Positions 58,532 through 64,000 of a stretch of 64,000 bases of DNA are shown here, in pieces. Origin of the DNA: an uncultured Verrucomicrobiae bacterium (GTDB lineage Bacteria; Verrucomicrobiota; Verrucomicrobiia; Opitutales; JABDGR01); NCBI GenBank assembly GCA_963765205.1, contig CAVXVB010000008.1, forward strand, positions 192,001-256,000, in the 5' to 3' direction. How positions within the stretch are numbered: position 1 is the first letter of the stretch; each line of letters starts with the position of its first letter. The notes under the pieces were generated by a model that saw nothing but the letters and a program-made list of their open reading frames with translations, did not search any database and had not been told where the DNA came from. The position numbers and the translations under genes are program-made.

Positions 58532-61465
58532 TTAGATCCGGGGTTGTGTATGTAAGACGCGGTGGACGGCGAGACCCAGCGACTGGATGGTGTGGGGTTT
58601 AAGCAATATCTCGCGTATGCCCATTTCACGCACGCGTTCCGGGGTCAAACTCGCGCTGTAGCCTGTGGTGAGAATGATGGGCAAATGGGGACGGATCTGG
58701 AGGAGTTCCAAGGCGAAATCCGTGCCCAACATTAAAGGCATGGTCAAGTCGGTGATAACAAGGTCAAAGGCCATCGGGTTCGCTCGCACCATCGCGAGCG
58801 CCTCGGTCACGTTGGTCTTATTTTCGACGACATAGCAAAGTTCCTCAAGCATATTCTGACCAAGCATTGCGAGCGGCATTTCGTCGTCCACAAAAAGAAT
58901 TCGCTCACCGTGTCCAGCCGGGGTCTCTTCCACAGTGGCCGCGGTTTCCTTGCTCGCCTCGGTGGTAATGGGAAAATATAAGTGAAAGACCGTGCCTTCT
59001 CCCGGCTGGCTGTAAACAGTGATGGCTCCGCCATGGCTCTGCATAATTCCATGCACCACGGACAGACCCAGGCCGGTACCCTCGCCCGGCCCCTTGGTGG
59101 TAAAAAATGGCTCGAAGATGCGCGCAATGGTCGCGCGGCTCATGCCATGCCCGGTATCGCTGACACTCAGCCGTATATAGGGGCCGGCCCGCAAGTCGGC
59201 ATTGGCCCCCGCCAGCAATTCGTCCACCGTGAATTTTTCCAATCGCACCCCCAGCCGGCCAGGACGATCTTTCATCGCGTGCGAAGCATTGGTGCAAAGA
59301 TTCATCACGATCTGGTGAACCTGGGTGGCGTCGGCCAAAACCGGAGGCAGGTTGGCATCCAGCGAGACCTCAAACTCGATGTTGCTCGGGATGGACGCCC
59401 GCAATAGTTTAAGTGGCTCCTGCACGACGTTGCCAAGTTCAACCGGCTTTCGTTCCTGCGCCTCCTGCGGGCGGCTAAACGTGAGAATCTGTTTTACGAG
59501 TGAGACGGCGCGCGTGCCGGCCAGAAACACGGCATCAAGATATTTGATTATTGTTGGATCATGGGCTGCGCGTCGTTTGGCCATTTCCGTGTAGCCGATG
59601 ATGGCGGCCAGGATGTTGTTGAAATCATGCGCAATCCCTCCCGCCAGGGTGCCGATGGCCTCCATTTTCTGGGCCTGCCGGAACTGTTCCTCCACTTTGC
59701 GTTGCGCGGTGATGTCGCGAAAAGTCCAAATTCTGCCGTAATGTTTTCCTGTTTTATCCAGGACTGGGGCCGAATAGCGATCCAGGATGGTTCCATCCTG
59801 GAGTTCAAATTCGTCCCGGCCTTTCTCTTGGGGATGGGCATAAAGGTGGTTTACCCGTTCGCTAAATTGTTTGGGGTTCTTGGTTCGCTGGGTTACATAT
59901 TGAAGCAATTTGGTATCGTCATCGTCCCGGGCGATTTCATCTGGAATCTTGAAAATTTCAATCAGCCGCCGGTTTTGCAGAATCTTTTTGGCGTGTTCGT
60001 CCACGACCAAAATGCCGTCGATGGTGGAATCCACCTGCGCTTCGAGCAAAGCGGTTTTTGAAACCAATTCCGCCTGCGCCTGCTTGCGCTCAGTGATGTC
60101 ACGGGCGAAACCGCAATTGAACTCTTTGCCCTCAAAGCGCACATAGGTTGAAACAATCTCGACCGGGTACTTGCTGCCATCTTTGCGGCGATGCACGCTT
60201 TCACGGGCGAAGAATCCGGTTTCCCTTAACCTTTTCCACACCTCTTGCAGGCGAAGAGGCGTGACATGGGTGGCAATCAGCGTAATCGGTTGGCCGAGCA
60301 GTTCTTCGCGGGTATAGCCCAGGGCTTTGCAGGCTGAATCGTTGACGTAAACGAACCGATTGTTCGTATCCAACCAATAAGCCCCGTCAAAATGTTTGTC
60401 GACGGTAACCTTGAGCATCTCAAGCTGCTCCGTGGCCCGCTTGCGCTCGGTGGTGTCCTGAATATAGGAAATCAGGTAGGCGTCTTTACCGCGCGATTTC
60501 TCAATGAGGGCGGTGGACAGGTAGGCCCAGACGACTTGCCCGTCCTTGCGGAGATAACGCTTCTCGGTTCGCATGGTTTTGGGCCCGCCGAATCGCGCAT
60601 CGTCGAGAAATTTGCAGCCAATTTCCTTGTCCTCATCGTGGGTGACATCATTAAAGGTCAATTGGAGCAACTCGTCCTCAGAGTAGCCCAGCATGGCGCA
60701 TAAAGTGGGGTTGGCTTTAAGAAATCTTCCATCCGTGGCCACCAGGCAGACGCCGACGGTGGCGTTTTCAAAGGAAGTGCGGAACAATTCCTCGCTCTCC
60801 CGCAGTTCCCTCAACTCCCGCCGCCGGATGGACAAATTCACAATCAGCACCGCCGCACAGACGAAGGCCAGCACCATCACGATCGCCACCGCCCAATACA
60901 GCCGGTGGACGCTGTTGCTGATGTGGTCCGTGTAGATCAGGCTATTGGCATGATTGTAGTCCAGCAACGCCTGGGCGGAGTTTATCGCTGAAACGTAAGC
61001 GGGCACCAAATCGTTTTCGAGGAAAGCAGCGCTCTTGTCCCGATCCCCGGCTAAAATTAACGCCTCATAGGCCATGCGCTGCTGCTGGAACTTCGCATAC
61101 TGGCTTGTCACTTCGGCGAGCAACGCTTGGTCTTTCGCTGGATTGATTTTAATCGTGGCCTGGTATTGCTTGACATCATTGGCGAATGCCGCATCGGCGT
61201 CATGCACTGTTTTAAGACTCGCGTCCCGGGATTCGGTGGTCTGCGCGAAAGCCGCCACCATCACCCAACCGACGCTGCGGGACATATCCATGCGCATCTT
61301 GTGCGCGGCGATGGTGCCGGGCACGGCATCCTTGGCGACTGACTCACTGTCGCGCTTCACTTGCTGCCCGCTGAAGTAAGCCACCGCCCCCAAAGCGATG
61401 AACAAGCATATTATTGCTATGCTTGCCAATCGTATCCGCAGCGATGTGTCGGTTTGGTTTTTCAT
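58532..61465 (-). CDS. Hybrid sensor kinase (four-helix-bundle sensor, 3 PAS, HisKA, HATPase, REC)
   Basis: Two TM helices around a helical periplasmic domain, PAS repeats, AGGIAHDFNNIL, GEGTGLGL, C-terminal receiver. Start 61465-61504. Confidence 0.92.
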   Translation of the reverse strand: MKNQTDTSLRIRLASIAIICLFIALGAVAYFSGQQVKRDSESVAKDAVPGTIAAHKMRMDMSRSVGWVMVAAFAQTTESRDASLKTVHDADAAFANDVKQYQATIKINPAKDQALLAEVTSQYAKFQQQRMAYEALILAGDRDKSAAFLENDLVPAYVSAINSAQALLDYNHANSLIYTDHISNSVHRLYWAVAIVMVLAFVCAAVLIVNLSIRRRELRELRESEELFRTSFENATVGVCLVATDGRFLKANPTLCAMLGYSEDELLQLTFNDVTHDEDKEIGCKFLDDARFGGPKTMRTEKRYLRKDGQVVWAYLSTALIEKSRGKDAYLISYIQDTTERKRATEQLEMLKVTVDKHFDGAYWLDTNNRFVYVNDSACKALGYTREELLGQPITLIATHVTPLRLQEVWKRLRETGFFARESVHRRKDGSKYPVEIVSTYVRFEGKEFNCGFARDITERKQAQAELVSKTALLEAQVDSTIDGILVVDEHAKKILQNRRLIEIFKIPDEIARDDDDTKLLQYVTQRTKNPKQFSERVNHLYAHPQEKGRDEFELQDGTILDRYSAPVLDKTGKHYGRIWTFRDITAQRKVEEQFRQAQKMEAIGTLAGGIAHDFNNILAAIIGYTEMAKRRAAHDPTIIKYLDAVFLAGTRAVSLVKQILTFSRPQEAQERKPVELGNVVQEPLKLLRASIPSNIEFEVSLDANLPPVLADATQVHQIVMNLCTNASHAMKDRPGRLGVRLEKFTVDELLAGANADLRAGPYIRLSVSDTGHGMSRATIARIFEPFFTTKGPGEGTGLGLSVVHGIMQSHGGAITVYSQPGEGTVFHLYFPITTEASKETAATVEETPAGHGERILFVDDEMPLAMLGQNMLEELCYVVENKTNVTEALAMVRANPMAFDLVITDLTMPLMLGTDFALELLQIRPHLPIILTTGYSASLTPERVREMGIREILLKPHTIQSLGLAVHRVLHTQPRI

Positions 61466-61996
61466 CGTTCCAGCGAAAGCTAAAGGCATAAAACGCATGA
61501 CCACGAACGCACCCTGACTGTCGGAGGTTACGCGGGTAAAATATAACTGTCAATGTTCCACCACCCAAGTGATCGGTGCTGGCCCATCCACGTATTGCAA
61601 TACTGTCGCACGAGTAGTAAGGAGGCCCATGTGCAAATTATCCGCAGTCATCTACCCAGGCGCCGAAAGCGATCGGTTGATCGCTTACCATCCCGAGATA
61701 GTTACAACGACACAGGGATAAACCCCGGAGAAGGCTCTGGCTAACTTAAAAGGGGCCCCCGGCCTTTATTTCAAGGAGTTTCCTTTGCCTGCAAACCAAC
61801 GCGTCATTCTAAAAACCTTCACCGTTAAACGACGCTTGACAATAAATTAATTATTTACTATTTATAATATTTCGCCCATATCACATAGAATTTTGTGCGT
61901 GCCCGATGGCTGTTTTATGACTTTTTAATTGGTGTCATGCAAACCGTTGAAATATATATACTTGTGTAATCTTGGTGTGGCCGTAACTAGGTGCTC

Positions 61997-62055
61997 TAGC
62001 CCGCGCTTCTTTCGCGGGGGCTGCATTTAGGTCGCGGGCTAAAGCACCGCGCCAA
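61997..62055. repeat. REP-like palindrome downstream of the ECF gene
   Basis: tagcccgcg ... cgcgggcta followed by aagcaccgcgcc. Confidence 0.5.
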
Positions 62056-62089
62056 GAAGAAGATGATCCTTCAAATTACACCATTACCT

Positions 62090-63769
62090 TTACGGCGACG
62101 ATTGAATCACCACGCTGGCGCTGCCAGTGTTGCCACTCGGCGGGGTCGGCGGCGTCGAACCATCCGACATGATCACCCTGGCGGAGTCGTCGCCCTTGAC
62201 GATGATGTTGGCCGGCCCGGGCGGCGTGGTCACGGTTTGGGTGGTTCCATCCGGCAGGGCAATGGTCATCGTGCTGGCGCCGCTGTTGTCGGTTGGCAGC
62301 TGTGCGGCGGTGCTGGTGGAAATTACCATTGTGCCGCCACCTAGGCTGCTGGCAGAGCTGGTGCAGCTGGAGGTGCCGTTGGAGATCGTCAGCGAGGAAT
62401 TGCTCCCGGCGTCGTTCGAGATCCTCTGCGATGAGCCATCCGACATGGTCAACGTGACGGTGCCATCGCCATTGTCGGTCACGTTGGTGGGTACGGGCGG
62501 TTTCGGCACGATCTGGGTCGTCCCATTCGGCAGGGTGATAGTCATGGTGCCGTCGCCATTGTCGGCAATTTGCGGCATCTCGCCTGAACCGGTGGGAATC
62601 ACATGACCACCGATGGATAGCATTACTTGGTCGTTGCCAGCCCCGAGCGGAAATGCAGCGCCCATCGTCTGCTTGTTGCCCGTAGACACCGTAACGATTC
62701 CTGGGCCGGTGACGACCACCCCCGTGCGGACATTACCGTCGCCGCCACTCGAGATTAGATTGTCGCGCAAATTGGCGAGGGCCTGGCTGAAAACCATTTG
62801 AGTTTGCGCCGACGGATCCGGTATCGTGGGCGTGGGGGCCGCCGCCGCCGGATCCGCGTCATGCGCCGGGGCCGGGGGCGCTTTCGGGGGTTCGATCTGG
62901 TTGGCCGCGATTTGGATTGCGGGTGCTTTGGCGATGGGAGAGGAGACTTTGGCTATAACTGGCGCGGGGACGGCTGCGGGCGCGGGTGCGCGTTGCGTGA
63001 CGAGCACTGTGGTGATGGCGGCTGCGGCGGCAGCACCGGCGGCAAGGCTCAGGGCGAGTTTCGAGGTGATCATGGTTTTTATCGAGGCAAGGGTGAAAGT
63101 GGTGACGCCCGCCGCCGCCGCGCCGCTCAGGGCGCTGGTGGCCACGGACGCGGCCAGGCCCGCCGGCACCGGGGCCAAGGCGCTGGCGTTCAGCGTGGTG
63201 CCCAGCGCGGACGCCGAGGCGACCGTCACGCCGGAACGAACCAGGATGCCGCGCAATTTCTCGAGCGCGCGGCCCAGGCGTTTCTGCGCCGCGTTTTCGC
63301 TCGTGCCCAGGGCGAGGCCCACGCTACGCACGTCCTGCTGCTGGAGATAGCGCAGCACGATGGCGTCCCGGTCGGAGGCATCAAGGCGGTTCAGCGCGGC
63401 GTCGAGCAGCGGGGCCAGTTGCGCCCAATAAGCGTCCTGTCCGGCGTTGTCGTTTTGAGCATGAATTTCCATGGCGGTCCTTTCGCGGGCACGCCGGCGG
63501 CTTTCGGCGCGGATGGCTTTGAGGGCGGTGTAGCAAGTGTGCCGGTGCAGCCAGCCGCCCAACACCACGTCCGGCGGCAGCGACTTGGCCTTGCGCGCCA
63601 GGTCGGTGAAGACCAGTTGCGTTACATCCTGGGCCAGGTGCGCGTCGCCGGAGGTCATCCGCCGGGCCGTCGCATTCACCAGTTGGATATGGCGCGCGAC
63701 CAGCTCGCGGAAAGCCGGTTCGGAGCCTTCCTCGGCATACTGGCGCAGCCATGCAACGTCGTCACTCAT
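62090..63769 (-). CDS. ECF sigma factor with TM helix and repeat-containing C-terminal extension
   Basis: Paralog of 54726..56117 over the N-terminal ~300 aa. C-terminus has DNGDGT-x-T-x-T-x-x-[ND]G repeats. Confidence 0.9.
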   Translation of the reverse strand: MSDDVAWLRQYAEEGSEPAFRELVARHIQLVNATARRMTSGDAHLAQDVTQLVFTDLARKAKSLPPDVVLGGWLHRHTCYTALKAIRAESRRRARERTAMEIHAQNDNAGQDAYWAQLAPLLDAALNRLDASDRDAIVLRYLQQQDVRSVGLALGTSENAAQKRLGRALEKLRGILVRSGVTVASASALGTTLNASALAPVPAGLAASVATSALSGAAAAGVTTFTLASIKTMITSKLALSLAAGAAAAAAITTVLVTQRAPAPAAVPAPVIAKVSSPIAKAPAIQIAANQIEPPKAPPAPAHDADPAAAAPTPTIPDPSAQTQMVFSQALANLRDNLISSGGDGNVRTGVVVTGPGIVTVSTGNKQTMGAAFPLGAGNDQVMLSIGGHVIPTGSGEMPQIADNGDGTMTITLPNGTTQIVPKPPVPTNVTDNGDGTVTLTMSDGSSQRISNDAGSNSSLTISNGTSSCTSSASSLGGGTMVISTSTAAQLPTDNSGASTMTIALPDGTTQTVTTPPGPANIIVKGDDSARVIMSDGSTPPTPPSGNTGSASVVIQSSP

Positions 63770-63897
63770 CGGGTGGGTTGTTCATACAATAGAACCCGCC
63801 CAAAGGCAAATCTGCCAAAGTATTTCAATCCCAGGTCCCGCTAAGGATCAACGGATATTAGGCTTTTGTCGGCGGGCCAAAGCGTTAATTTCGGGGC

Positions 63898-64000
63898 ATG
63901 AAGCGAAATGCCAAACCCACGGCTTTGGTCACCGGCGCGGCGCGGGGCCTTGGGCGCGCCATCGCCGCGCGGTTGCTCGCGGCGGGTTGGAATGTCGTGC
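63898..64000 (+). CDS. Short-chain dehydrogenase/reductase, truncated by window end
   Basis: MKRNAKPTALVTGAARGLGRAIAARLLAAGWNVV, TGxxxGxG motif. Confidence 0.85.
   Translation, partial: MKRNAKPTALVTGAARGLGRAIAARLLAAGWNVV

Noticed and set aside
61836..61868. Perfect TTGACA and TATAAT as a sigma70 promoter
   Set aside because: The spacer is 21 bp and there is no downstream plus-strand gene. Likely chance in AT-rich DNA, though an sRNA cannot be excluded.
54726..63769. Diversity-generating retroelement acting on the ECF paralogs
   Set aside because: No reverse transcriptase and no template/variable repeat pair with adenine-specific differences. The similarity is ordinary paralogy.

Overview
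A 64 kb stretch of a GC-rich (~65%) bacterial chromosome, most likely Verrucomicrobiota (Opitutae-like). That placement is inferred from the gene repertoire, the long C-terminally extended ECF sigma factors and the TMTC-like GT-C/TPR protein. The backbone is housekeeping: tRNA-Ala(GGC), pyrF, ispD, gltX, comEC, mntR/mntH, rpmJ2/rpmE2, metH, rsmG, def, purM-like, thrH, thrS, trpB and yicC. It also holds lipid synthesis/export genes (LolA-like plus MMPL-cNMP fusion, devBCA-like ABC exporter, hpnC and an hpnD-hpnE fusion), two two-component clusters, two type II PIN toxin-antitoxin pairs and two paralogous membrane-anchored ECF sigma factors. Main candidates for something new: (1) a complete 2664-bp IS1595-family element (18-bp TIRs, 8-bp target duplication) carrying a coupled two-gene cargo, a Pol-beta-like nucleotidyltransferase (DUF6932-like) plus an unknown 302-aa partner, as a possible defence/TA system; (2) a low-GC, in-frame ~70-aa insertion next to the Zn-binding motif of ThrRS; (3) a modular, nesting family of intergenic inverted repeats with 9-nt periodicity plus 7-nt tandem repeats; (4) a degenerate duplication of the gltX 5' end bracketing a foreign RDD gene. 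Three single-base frameshifts (DUF6932-like, hpnC, mlaD) may be sequencing errors. All product calls come from motif recognition by eye, with no database search.
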